A stretch of 64,000 bases of DNA. Source: the human T2T-CHM13v2.0 reference genome, Homo sapiens. The stretch is taken from the NCBI RefSeq assembly GCF_009914755.1, contig NC_060947.1, one strand, 5' to 3'. A program made the translations under genes and the position numbers. The notes below the pieces were generated by a model. The model searched no databases and was not told the origin of the DNA. It saw only the letters and a program-made list of their open reading frames with translations. This document shows positions 42,551-55,418 of this stretch, in pieces (position 1 is the first letter of the stretch; each line of letters begins with the position of its first letter).

Positions 42551-42875
42551 GGCCTGGTGCTGTGGCTCACTCCTGTAATCCCAATACTTTGAGAGATGAA
42601 GGCAGGAGGATTGCTTGAAGCCAGAGTTGAGATGATCCTGGGCAACAAAACAAGACCCCAGCTCTACAAAAAATTAAAAAGAAAAAGTTAGCCAGGTGCA
42701 GTGGGTGTGCACCTGTAGTCTTAGCTACTCAGGAGTCTAAGGCAGAAGGATCACTTGAGCCCAGGTGCTTGAGACTGCAGTGGATTATGTTTACACCACT
42801 GCCCTCCAGTTTGGGTGACAGAGCAAGACCTTATCGCTTAAAAAATAAAAATAATAAAATAATAAACTAAATAAA
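42551..42875 (+). mobile_element. AluJ
   Basis: ggcaggaggattgcttgaagccag, gatcacttgagcccagg, A-rich tail. Confidence 0.9.
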
Positions 42876-43143
42876 GCACCCATAGCATAGAAACTGAGTA
42901 GTAGAAATAGCATGTGGACAGGTCTTAAAAACAGAAAGAACCTTGGTGAATATAGGGAACAGAGGGAATGCTAGTATTCATGACCAAATGTTTTCAAACC
43001 ATTTTGATCATATCTATTAACAGAACCAATAAGCTATAGAGGGTGATATAATATAGACTGAAATATATTGCTTAGGCTACCTCAATTCCATCCTGTACTG
43101 AATGATTATTTAATATTTGTGCGATCTAGGTCAGTTTTGCCAC

Positions 43144-43197
43144 CTTATACATAGATACCTACATCTTATACATAGATACCTACATCTTATACATAGA
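43144..43197. repeat. 21-bp tandem repeat, ~2.6 copies
   Basis: Perfect copies of cttatacatagatacctacat. Confidence 0.9.
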
Positions 43198-43484
43198 CAA
43201 AATATTTATGGTACATTTACAGTCTCCATGGCTGTATGCACATTTTAGTTCCTTAGGGTGTGTGTGTAAGTGTGTGTATATACTTGTTCTGATTCAAATG
43301 TATAGAGCCACCAGATGTGAGAAATAAAAGCTCAGAGTCATATAAGGTAAGAAGCAAGGTTAAAATTAGACAACACAGAAAGATGGCTACTCATTATCAT
43401 TCATGTGATAATGAACTGTGATGGCACCAAAAGAAGAAAAGTAAGACGGTAAAAAGGTAAGTTATGCATGTGAATATCCTTTTT

Positions 43485-46065
43485 TAAAATCAGGGTTTAT
43501 TGGGATATAATATATATTTGGTAAGATTAACTCTTTTAAGTGTACAACTTTATGAGTTTGGACAAATGCATACAGTCATATAACTGCCACCACAATCAAG
43601 ATTTTCAATGTACATCTTAAACTAATCACAGTCTAGATTCAAGGAGTATTCTACCTCTTCACTGTGTGGTTTCCCAACTGGTGTACTCTAGGGTTATGGC
43701 TGTCAGGCATTTTGCTTTTACATATGCTACAAACCCACAAAACTACTGTACTTTCCCTATACTTACTCTTTTCCCTGTTTTCACTACTACTATTTTTAAA
43801 ATTTAGCTAATCAATTATCTTTTACAGCAATTAAAAGTCAGAAAGAGTCTTTTATGTTTATCTTCATTTTAACCATTTCTGGAATCTTCATTTCTTTAGT
43901 GTAGATCCAACTTTCCCTCTGGTGTGTACAACTTAAGCCTGAAAAACTTCCTCTAATATTTCTTATAGTCCAAGGCTTCTGAGTAATGAATTATCTGCTT
44001 TTGTGTGAAAAGTCTTAATTTCTCCTTCATTTTTGAAAGATATTCACACTGTGTATAAAATGTGGATTGAGAGTTATTATTTTTTTCTTTCTCTCAGCAG
44101 TTTAAACATGCCAATTTGTCTTCAGACTTGCATAGTTTCTGAAGTCTGCTGTAATTCTTACCTTTGCTCCTTTATATTTTGTCTCTGGCTTCCTTTAAGA
44201 TTTTTCTCTTTGTCTTTGTTTTTCAGCAGTTTAAATATGAAATGTCTGGAGGTGTGTGCGTGTGTGTGTGTGTGTGTGTGTTGAAAGGATATTTATCTGA
44301 GATAATGGTTAGAGATCTTTGGGGTTCTCTTAGCTTCCTGGACATGTGGTTTGACATATTTCATTATTTGGGAGAAATTTTTGGCCTTTATCTTTTCAAA
44401 TATTTTTTCTACTCTATTTGCTTTCTTCTTCTTTTGGAAATCCAATTTCATATGTGTTAGGCCTTTTGATATTATCCCTCAGTTCTTAAATGTTCTGTTT
44501 TGGAGTGTGTCTGTGTGTGTTTCATTCTTTTTTTTCTCTTTGTGTTTCAGTTTTGATCAATTTTTTTTCTATCTTCACTTTCATTGATTCCTTTCTCAGC
44601 TGTTTCAAGTCTACTTATGAGAGAGTCAAGGACATTCTTCAACTATATTACTGTTTTTCATTTCTAGCATTTCTACCTGACTCTTTAATAGTTAACATGT
44701 GTACTGAAATCCCCTATTTGTTTATTCATGTTTTTCATATTTTTCACTAAAGCATTTCATGCATTAATCATAGTTATGTTAAATTCTCTGTCTGATGGAT
44801 TCAACATCTAAGTCATCTCTGAGAGGCTGGTTATGTTGATTGCTTTGTCTCTTGAGAATGTTTTTTATTTTACTTTATTTCACAATTTTTGTTTAAATGA
44901 CATAGTATGTAGAACAGTAGAAATTAAAGTAAATAGTATTTATTTCTTGAAATGGGCACACTTTTTCAGCTAGGTTGTTTATATGGGAATTCACTCAATC
45001 TAATAAGAAGATAAACTACATTTGAGTTATGTTGTTGATATGGTTACTCTCAGTTCACTACCAGCTTCAGATTCCTCTAATACCTTGTGCATATGTGGGG
45101 GTTGGTCTTCTGGAGAGTTTTTCTTAATATCCCTGTTCTTTTCTCAACTTTCCATATTCCTTGTGTATCTGTGCTTCAAAGAGGTTCTTGCTCCATGCTG
45201 TTGCCCTCCCCTAATGGTATACTGCTATTGCTTCTTATTAAGTTCTCATTGGCCTGGTGGTGTGGGCAGGTAGAAATGCTCTGTTTTTCTGCTTCAACCT
45301 CAGTCTTGTAAGATCCTGGGCCTCTGTGTCACAGGAGTGAGACTTTCTTAGTTATCCTTTCCCTCTTCTAGTGGTAGGATACTTCTAATTGTTTGGGCCC
45401 ACAACTAATTCTTGCCCTTCTCCCAAAATTGGAGGACTTTTTTTTTTTTTTTACCTTTCCCCAGCTGCAGTAGGTCTTCATCTTTACCCTGGGGAGAATA
45501 CACTTTGCTGCCTTTCCCCTAGGGCTTAAGACTTTTATTCATGAAAAGGAAAGGAACTGGACCTGGTTTCCTACCTTTCCCACTGCAGTGGCTTCTCATC
45601 TCCATCAGATCTGTACCATAAATCTGTATGTTTGTATAAATTTGTCCTGTGTCTATGGCTTCCAAGGGTTCTATACTCTCATGCTAACCCACATTTGCTC
45701 TTTAGCAGTTCACTAAAAATTTGCATGCTTGCAACCAAAATATCTCATGCACCTCATAAATATATACACCTATTATGTGCCCACAAAAATTAAAAAACAA
45801 AGAAAAATTTAGTTGAATTCTTTATACCTGCTTCCGTTGTGACCTTGTCTTCCCTCTACAGCCACAGGTGAGCTAATGCTCATGTCCCATCTCTTTTTGC
45901 AGGTGCTTGTCTTTCTCCAGACCTCAGCCTAGTTGGTTGCCTTGAGACTTCTCTATAGATTGAAGAAAAGTTACGATTAGCTAGATTATTCAGCTTATTC
46001 TTGTTGTTAGGGTGGATGTGGCACACTTTCCAACTTTCACATCCTCATCAAAAGCAAAAAGTCCA
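43485..46065 (-). mobile_element. Ancient L1M remnants (antisense), including (TG)n at ~44251-44280
   Basis: tttattgggatataa...cttttaagtgtacaa...gacaaatgcatacag 3' end; atttctccttcatttttgaaagatatt and gaagtctgctgtaattctt are ORF1-antisense motifs; boundaries approximate. Confidence 0.6.
45724..45803 (+). mobile_element. Short L1MA-type 3' tail fragment
   Basis: tctcatgcacctcataaatatatacacctattatgtgcccacaaaaatt, flanked by aaaaattt repeats. Confidence 0.6.
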
Positions 46066-46504
46066 TGTTAATTCCTTTTAACTGACTCTTCATGAAGAAT
46101 ATACCATATGCTAGATCCTCCTGTACACATTTATAAATCCTAAGAATTTTCTGTGTACCTACTCAGATCCAGAGATAGAGAACAATTTCTAACATCAGAT
46201 CTTCCAAGTACAAACTTCCTTGTTACAGAAGGTAGATGCTTAAAAAAACTTCATTTACACCAGAATGATTTCCGTCTGTCACTCATTGACTTTACCTCTT
46301 TTTTTCTACCTCTAATTACTATAAAAATATTTGGGATGGTGGTGCTATCCACTGACAATACCCTCATGGAAAACAATCTGGGAGTATGTAAATAAACACT
46401 TAAAAATGTTTATCCTCTTTACACCAATAATTCAACTTTTGGAAATATATGATAAACATCCCAGACATAGACAAACATGTAGATATACATTGCAGAAGAA
46501 AAGT

Positions 46505-46750
46505 AGCATATTGTGGTGAAAAAAGGGCGTGCTTTGAACCAGGCAGACCTGATTCAGTGCTTACTTAGCCATTAACTAGCTATAACCTTGAGCAAGTCAC
46601 TTAACCTAAGTTTAAGTTTCCTTATTTATAAAATGGGGCTAATAATACCTACCTTGGGAGGTGCTATAAAATATCAAAACAATATACATATATGTACACA
46701 TTTGTAATATTTGGAATATGGTAAATACCTGTTAAACGGCAGTTATTGCC
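46505..46750 (+). mobile_element. MIR SINE
   Basis: actagctataaccttgagcaagtcacttaacc...tttccttatttataaaatggggctaataatacctacc. Confidence 0.8.
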
Positions 46751-49700
46751 ATCATTATTGTTGCTATTATTTTTTAAAAGTTCAATTACAATAGTTTAAA
46801 AAGATGGAAGTAAATTACTTTTTAACCAGCTAATATATCATTGTCCTATAAAGCAATATTTATGAAGTTATCTAGCAGCATAGAACTATGTTTAAGATCT
46901 TAAGTAAAGTATTCCTTATTATATTTGTGCCCCAGTTACAGCTATGTTAAAATATGCAGATAAAAAATGGTGAATTAACGATTAGAATAGTGAGATATTG
47001 GATTTTTTCTTTTCTAATGTCTGTAATATAATATTTAAGTACAGAACATATATATCTGTACGTATATTTAACATATTATATATATGTGTGTATTAGACAG
47101 TACCAAATGTTGCATAAATAACCTGTACTGCAAAATAGAAGCATGATACCATTCAAAATTAATGTCAGAGTGACTCATAGAGTCCTTTGCTTTTTCAGTG
47201 CTGCCAACCACATCCCCTGCTGGAGTTTGTTTTGGTTAAAGTCTCTCCAATGTCTTCCAGCTTGTTTCCAAGGCTTCGTTCCCTGGCAGGTTTCCAGCTG
47301 TCTGCTGAAGTCTGTGCACATTGAAATGAAGGCTGAGTCTCACACTACTATTGTAATCCTCTTCCTTTCCTTCTTTTTCCTCTAATTAGATGCCTATCCT
47401 CTCACCCTCTCCCACCTCCTGCCAGTTCAAGCCTCACTTGAAATTGTGGGTTCTATTTTTCTCTCTTTTTAGGAGAGAAAGTACTGGTCTTCTCTTTTTT
47501 GCCCCAGTAGAGTTAGAGAATATAGTTTTCTCCTCACCTTTAACTGCTAGTCTCATAGTTTATGGGTCGTCATTTTAATTGGAGGAATGTTTAGTATTTG
47601 ACCATGTGAGGCCATATTAGAAAAAAGAAAATAGGTTGGAACTCATTTTTAATGGTACTTTTTAAAAAAAGTAATTTCCCCAAGAGCAATAGACACAGAA
47701 AGACCACAGTATTAAGAAAGAGACCAAGACCTTTAGGGTGGCAAAATTGGAGGTGGCAACCTGACTCTCCCAGTAACTGACAGTAAACGTGTTTCTTGAC
47801 TTTCTGGGCCCATTTCTTCAACAATAAAACAAATGTATTAGACTCTATAATCTCCAGGCTTTCTTCTGGCTCTGAGATATTGCACCTAGCACAGTGCCTG
47901 GCACTCAGTAAAATGTAACCTATTCTTATTCTTACTGTCATCAGCATAATTATAGTGATCCTATTGTCGCTTCTCCACCTTACACAGTAGAAGTTGATTA
48001 TTGGCTATTAGCTGGAGTAGTTTCACTTTTTACCAAATAAAATTATTTTTAACATGTTTTTCTATTCTTTTCTTCTGTTTTACCACCTGATAGTGAGACC
48101 TGATTTTTAGCTCAGTAACTAATAAGACACTCAATGTGAATGTAAAACTGGGTAGCTGGTATATTGGGAAGGTAGGAATGCTTCATTATATATGTTATCT
48201 AACACCATTTTGTTAAGGTTAATACTAGTGAGGTGAGACAATGAATTGGTATCCAGAATGAATGAGTTTGCCTTGGCCCTTCATGAGGTCTTGACTACAC
48301 CCCTAATATCAGTCACCTACTCCTACGTTACCATTTGCAGGTGGTGAGGACAGAAAAAGGAATGGGAAAGGATTCAAGGCAACCATTTCAAGCAAAGGAA
48401 AAATTCACCTGAAATAGAGTAAACTTCTACAGTTGGGCATACAGCCTAATTGCCATGTACGCTGATGCCTAGTTGAAACTCAGTTAAATGCTGGTGGAAG
48501 AAAGGGACCACCCCAAGTTTCTTATTGTTTTAACACCTAAAAACAGACCATGGCCATATGTGAGCATCCATCCTTGAAAGAGATCACAGGAGTCATCTGT
48601 CTTCTTGGTGGTCAGTAGATTAAGTGAGGTATATGAAGGTCACAGTCAGGAGCAAATTCCTGAATTGTTTGCACTCTGAAAGTATACAATTAAATATGGA
48701 AATTTCGTTTCAAAACAATGCATCACCCTTAAATTTGGTTTTATAAATCACCGCCTGACACATTGCTTTTATTTGCAAACCTCACCAGACAGTTGAGATT
48801 TATGTTTATTAGTTATATTTTCTGGATTTGAAGTTGGTGCAGGGAATGGGAATGGAAAGGAAGGAAAGGAATGTTGTCCTCAAAGTTGATGACATACAAT
48901 TTATGATATTTTAAATTACATTTCAGAAACACAGTGCTGACATTTGGGTTGCCTAGCCACTAGGCCTATTGGATGGGGGTTTGAGTATTTTTCCTTTTAG
49001 GCTGAAATTATACTGTTTATTTGCCTACCAAATGTCTAGCACTGTGAATGCTTTCTTTTTAGGTAGAAAAGTTTCCTCACATCCTTGCCATTTTGCAAAT
49101 ATAGCTTAATTAAGTCAGCCAACAAATAATGCTTGAGCACCCTTAAAGCACATAGCACTATGCATTTCATTATACATTGCAAGTTTCTGAAGCAGGAGCT
49201 GAAGCTGAAGCTGAGTTGAGGCCACAGGCATACTAGGCTATTGTGTCTTCATAGTACAGTGCCACAAGTCCAGAGCTATGTCTTGGTTCCACCTTCATCC
49301 TGTGACATTGTGATAATGTGCCTCAAAAGTAGGGATTGATATTTCTTAAGGAACCCTCAAGCTGCTCTAGCATAGAAAACATTAAATTTACCTATTAACA
49401 TTGATTTGAATGTGTAAACCATTCTGTAATAAAAATTTAAAAAATACATTTATTGAATGCACAGTATGTCCCAAGTATCATGTTACATACTAGTTGCTAG
49501 TTAGAATGATCAGAATACATTTTTTAGGAGCGGTCATTTTTATTAAGTTAGTTTTAGTAGAGATAAGGAAGGAAGTATTTTCTGTATGACCGTGACCGCT
49601 TTATTTGAAGAGGGAGTGATGGGTAATGGAAAGGAGTGAGAGAGATTGGAAAAAATGAAAAGAGGAAATTGGGACATAGTTTTTTTGTTTTTGTTCCTGT

Positions 49701-51649
49701 ATGTAGAAAGTCTAATGAAGCTTCTAAAGAATGAGACTCCAAGAACAAGTTTTTCCTCAATAAGAAAACAGGTTGAATATTTGCAATGGGGGTGAAAAAA
49801 ACAGCATAGGCTAAATAAATTGAGACTCAGGGGACCAAATTAGTGGAAATTGCTGAGGCTTACAGGCCTTGGAGAAAAATGGAATATTTCTATCTTGGCC
49901 GTGACAACTCTCCAACTGTGGAATAGAATCCAGGCCTCTGAGTTGCAGGCTTTACTTTTTCTTATTATGTTATACCAAAATTTTCTTTTGCTTCCCAATA
50001 AATCTTGAGGGAGGATGAAGCAGTTGGTAGCTGACAGGTATGAAAGGGGAAAGTAAATGTCATGGGATTTTTGCTCCCAAGAAGTCATAATTATTTTTCA
50101 CAACTACTCTAATCTGCTTAATATGTTCACAGATATATATTGGGAAGTAATTCAAATTATGTATTTGGTGTATTTGGGTAACACAAAATATATTATGTCA
50201 TTTCTGCAGATGCTTAATCCAGTTGATTGTTATAAAGTTGTTCCAGGAGCAGGAAAAATAAATTTAAATATTTGGAGACAAATACACATTTCTAAACAAA
50301 AGCCAAAACTAATAAATTCTTTATAGCATGGTGGCTTTGGTCAACCAGATAAAAACATCCCAATTATGAAAATCTTTATGAAATGTAAGTATAAATCTCC
50401 ATGGCGAAATAATGCAGTTCCTTAAAAATAGGCATACAAAATTGCCTGATTGCTGCTAAGCTTATATATTTAATGCTATTTTTAATATATTAGTCCTAGG
50501 AAAATTTATCTGTACAATATTTTATAAACCACTTTATAGAGTGATGAGGGTGGGTTGGGCAGTGTTAGAAGTAATAATGTACTTTTTAATATATCAAAAA
50601 GCAAATTTTGTTTTATTTTGCTTTTGCGTATATATATGTATGTATGTGTCTGTGTGTGTGTGTATATATATATATATACATAGAGAGAGAGTTATATAAT
50701 TATGGTCAGATTTTCAGAGTAAATTCTGTTAAGGTGGTTGAAGTATCACAAGTTCTTGCTTTAGTTTATCGTCTAGTAGTTGACCACTAAAAACTAGTTA
50801 ACTAGGTCCTCATCACATTTCATGAAACACTCTTTGGAAAATAGCACTTCAACAGTTGTTACTCTTGAAATAAGAATAGTCCTAACTTGATTTTAGGACT
50901 TCCAACATTCTACCATACTTGTGCATCTGTGTCTAAGGTAGTTGTGTGGGTGGTGCCAAAATCGCACTTGGAGATTAATGTGCTGCTGTAGCTCTCTGAG
51001 GGTGTCAAAAGAAAAGTGGAAGCTCTTATAATTTTATGATGCTGAGGCTACTCTGAAGGCAGGCTTCTAAAAAGCAGCTTATCAGTAAGACTAAATTAAA
51101 ATATCAAAGAATATAAAAAGACATAAACAGATTTTTATCCTGCAGTTTTATTTTTTCCTGCTTACCTACACCCAGGTTGTAATAAATTCCTCCTCTACCA
51201 GAGCATAAAGAGAGGGAAAATGAAGTGGGAATTTTGTGTTATTTCAATTGTAGAAATTATGATATGACGGTAGTTTATGTGTAATTTGTGTTAGAAAACT
51301 AAGAAAGCTCCTTTTGGGTTTGTCCTTCTTAGCCAGAGTCCCTTTATGACTAGGGAAAGAAGGTTAGATTGTTCAGGGTCCCCTGAGGGAAAGAAGATTG
51401 ATTATATTCTAAGCACTGCCAGTAACATTTTGTATAAATCATTAACTCTGAAGAGAAAACAAAACAAAAATACCACCATGATCTAAAAGGAGAAGTCTAA
51501 GAGTCCTCAGAGAAAGACAGCTTTTCTTGACTCTGAGAAATAAAATAAAATAAATAAAATTATTGAGTGTTTGAACTGGGTGAGAAAAAGATGGAGATTT
51601 AAATATTAGTCACTTTAGAGATAGTGACCTCAATGTTCTAAAAATGGAT

Positions 51650-51845
51650 AACATTTACTGAGTGCTTACAGCTCATAAGAGCATTATGAGGTAGCTACCA
51701 TTGTTTTCATCATCCTACCATCTCACAAACGAGCAAACAGGATTCAAGAACCTGAGTTACTGAATAGGTTCACAAAGCTAAGATATTGCCTTGCAAAGTC
51801 AGGATTTAAACCAAAATTTGCTTGGCCCGAGGTCTGTATCTTAAT
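51650..51845 (-). mobile_element. MIR SINE
   Basis: acatttactgagtgcttac...tatgaggtagctaccatt...caggatttaaacc. Confidence 0.55.
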
Positions 51846-53780
51846 CATAATATAGTATATTCAGCTCAACAGATATAAACCAAAGTCAAAAAACATTCAA
51901 TTAGATTAGCCAATTGAAAAAACAATCTGCCCAAGTGCAAAAATTTACAAGAAACTAATGAGCTGAGGTCGGTAATGAAGATCTTTAATGATGTGTCTCT
52001 CCAACATATTTGTTTCCTTCATGATGGGCACTAAGACAGTCTAGTCTTAGGGTCTTTTTCTGGAACGTAATAGATTTCAGAAATGGATGTGGACAAGCAG
52101 ATAGTCTTTACAGGATACTCAAAGCTGATGACTAAATTTCTACTCAGACTCCTGGAAGCCATGAGAAGGTAGAGAAGTACTTACTGTCAACCTCTTCACT
52201 CTCTTCTTGTGGGCAGGGGCCCATCTCTGAGGCAAGGGTGTTTTTCCTGTTTTATTGCTTCTACTGGGAGCCCTGGAAAAGAGGGAAACAACAAAGGATC
52301 AATGAAAGTTAGTGCTTTGCTTGTACATGATTGGTTTCTGATTGGTAGGAATTTTAAAAATCAACACATTAAAAAACAATTTGTGTATTTTCTAATGAAT
52401 GTATTTCTGAAAACATGAGTGAATATTAAAATATGTAAAACTTAGGGGACCCTCATTTGTTCCCTGCCTGAGAACAGAGATCCCAGAGTCTGGGCTGAAT
52501 AAATTACATGTAGGTCTAAGTGGCTATAGCTTGGAAGGTTAGAGGGTGGCAGAGGCAGAGAGTTAAGCAGGTGGATGGAAACAGTAGGGGTTTGCAGGTG
52601 AGGAGGTAAATACAAGGTGTGCTATTTAAGTAAAATTGTTCTTATATTGTTCTCATCAGATGAGCATGCAGGTTTGAACAGAAATTACAGCTTTAAGACT
52701 TTCCTGGTGGTTAACCTCTACAAGAATTTTGCAAGCAGCTGAATTCCTCCCACCTTTCCACAAAACAAAGTGTTTCAATGACAGTAGAAAACCAGTTACA
52801 AAGCTTGGGGTGGATGCCTAAGAATTCGTTAGTCTTTAGTTCATGAATTTCTTTAAGGGCAGGAACCTGGACTGTTTCATTTCAAATCTACTCTTAGAAT
52901 ACCTAGTAAAGTGCATTGTACATATTAGGCAGCAGGGCATAAGGGATAAATGGCAAGCAGAAATTTCAATGCAGACTGTTTTGTATATTTTCTGTTGCCC
53001 ACACTCATATACTCCTTTTATTAGTAGTATTATCATTCTACAAGTAGATGTTATGAGAAACATTGGCTATGTCCAAAAAATCTATCTTAATCACCTTTGT
53101 GATCTCTTTGGGACTAGCACAATACCTTATACATATGGGTACTTGACACAATTTCTTCTGGAACTAAAACGATATGTGCAAAAATGACCCCGACCCCTCG
53201 GAATGACTATTTTTACAGGGGCTCTCTGCAGATGTGCCTTGATGGAAAGGACTGAGTAATGACACCCTGTTAAGCCAATGCTGGAGACAGGTTGGCCTTT
53301 CAAAATTATACCACCTAAGTAACTTTCTATTCTGACTATAAAAAGGTGGCACTGTGTAGAGATAAATATTTCCAAAGGATGGAAATATTAGCCTTACTTT
53401 TTTATTACTTTCTGCTGAATGAGTCATTTAGGAAGCTTGAAAGAGTATATTTTTTCTCTGGGTACTGTAGTTTGCTGTAGTGTTATTGGCATGGCCAAGT
53501 ATAAGGATGGCTTCAAGAGAGTCTCATACCATCAGGAAGATGTCTAGAACATGTGTAAATATTTCCTGACTTGGAGGATTGGCAGCTGTTAGAAAGAAAA
53601 ACACATATAAATAAGAGCCTACAAATGCCCTTGCTTCTTGTGGCCTTCTACCTACAATTCCCAGTTGCTGTAATGGTTTTTTTTAACTACCTTACATTTT
53701 AGTAGATTTCAAAAAAAAAATTAATGGCTTGAAATGTTAAACTCTAAAAGCTTTAGTAATGTTTATTTTGCAGGTCCTGC

Positions 53781-53784
<4 letters not shown>

Positions 53785-53826
<42 letters not shown>

Positions 53827-53874
53827 TGTGTGTGTGTGTGTGTGTGTCTGTGTGTCTGTGTGTCTGTGTGTGTG
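53785..53874. repeat. (TG)n microsatellite, 90 bp with TC interruptions
   Basis: (TG)20 pure run followed by interrupted copies. Confidence 0.95.
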
Positions 53875-55241
53875 GGTGCTTTTTCAGTCCCATGTCCTAG
53901 GAAACCACTGCCAGTCTGAACAGTTAGTCACCATATGTATATGCTTGATTTATGCCCTTTCATACTTAACAAAATATTATACTCTATAAGAGTTAGTGGT
54001 ATATTCCCCTCTGCTGCACTAAGAGCAAGGAGGAACATACATGAGTAGGAAGGTGCCTACTAATTTAAAAGAAGTGTGAAGTAGAGAGATGATACTGGTA
54101 GAGAGCAGAGTCTGTGTATATCCCAGCCAGTGCAATGTGAAAATTGGTTTGACTGATTTCTTCACCACCACCACTACTGCACCCACCCCAAAATATACAG
54201 ACAGAATTAGTTGGTTATTTGATGGAAATTACCAAAATGTTTGTTGGAATCTGGAACACATAGCCTTACTAAAATGGAAAATGAATCTTTTACATTACAT
54301 CCAAATGCTTTTTGGGACTTCTCAGGCAGATCTGAATGTCTGGATTCAAGGGAGGAAGATTAGTGAAGTATAACTCACTGTCAACCTACTTCCCTGAGGC
54401 CCTTCAGATGGGATACCTAGGAATGAGGCCAGAACGTTCCAGATAAACCTCCCCCCATTTCCTCTCCTTTTTTGAATCTGGCAGTGGTATGAGTGATAGG
54501 TGAGTTGCATAGGAGAGGGTTTACAGAAATCCATATGGCTGGTTAATGTATACAAGAAAATTTGTTTAAAGAAATAAATAGCAAAGTAGCTATTTTCATA
54601 ATTCCATTGAGGCTGAGCTGTAAAGCCTTCCTCACTCTACAAAACAGGAGAATTTATGATTTTTAAATAGGCAAAGTATCTGCCTCTCAGCAGCTGGTGT
54701 ATATAGTAATGTGCTTCCAGCTCCATTGTAAGTGCTCATATCTTTTGAGTTCTGTTGGTGTTGTGAATCATCTTGCCATTTACTTGCATTTTATATATCA
54801 TTATGCACTTGGTAGAAAACTACAATTCGTGAATTGTATTGTGAATTGAGTTACAGTAACAGAGATTTAGTGCCTGAGGATGTGTCTCTAGGTTTATAGG
54901 GAAGCAAAAGCCATTTGAGTTTCTAATGATGCCACTTGCCCTCTATTTGCATTGAAACATGCAGAATGAGATGTGGACCCAAGCAATTTTACTTAGCCTC
55001 AATCAAATTTTTTCGTTCTAAAAAAAGCTATGAGGGCAGGGACTAGATAATATTCATTGTTTCTTTTATATTCCCTGCAGTAGCACTGTGCTGAATCAAA
55101 CTTTGTTGGTTAATTCTATATTTTGTAGTTTTCCTTATTCAAATCTTATATTCCAGGGCCCTGATGACCAGATAGAGGGGTGAAGGAATAGAGCCTGGTA
55201 AGTGGGGAAAGAGAGAAATAGGATGCAAGAGACCTTAGAAC

Positions 55242-55418
55242 TAGGGTTGCCAGATTTGGCAAATAAAAATACAGGATGCCAAGTTAAATCTGATTTTGAT
55301 GAAGAACAAATACATTTTTAATGTAAGTATGTCCCAACAGCATATAGTTATACTAAAAAAAGTTTACTTGAAATTCAAATGTAAATGGGCGTGTTCTTTA
55401 CTTTATTTGCCAACCTTA
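55242..55418. mobile_element. MER53 hAT MITE
   Basis: TIRs tagggttgccagatt ... atttgccaacctta; internal aaaatacaggatgcc, gtaagtatgtccca. Confidence 0.8.
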
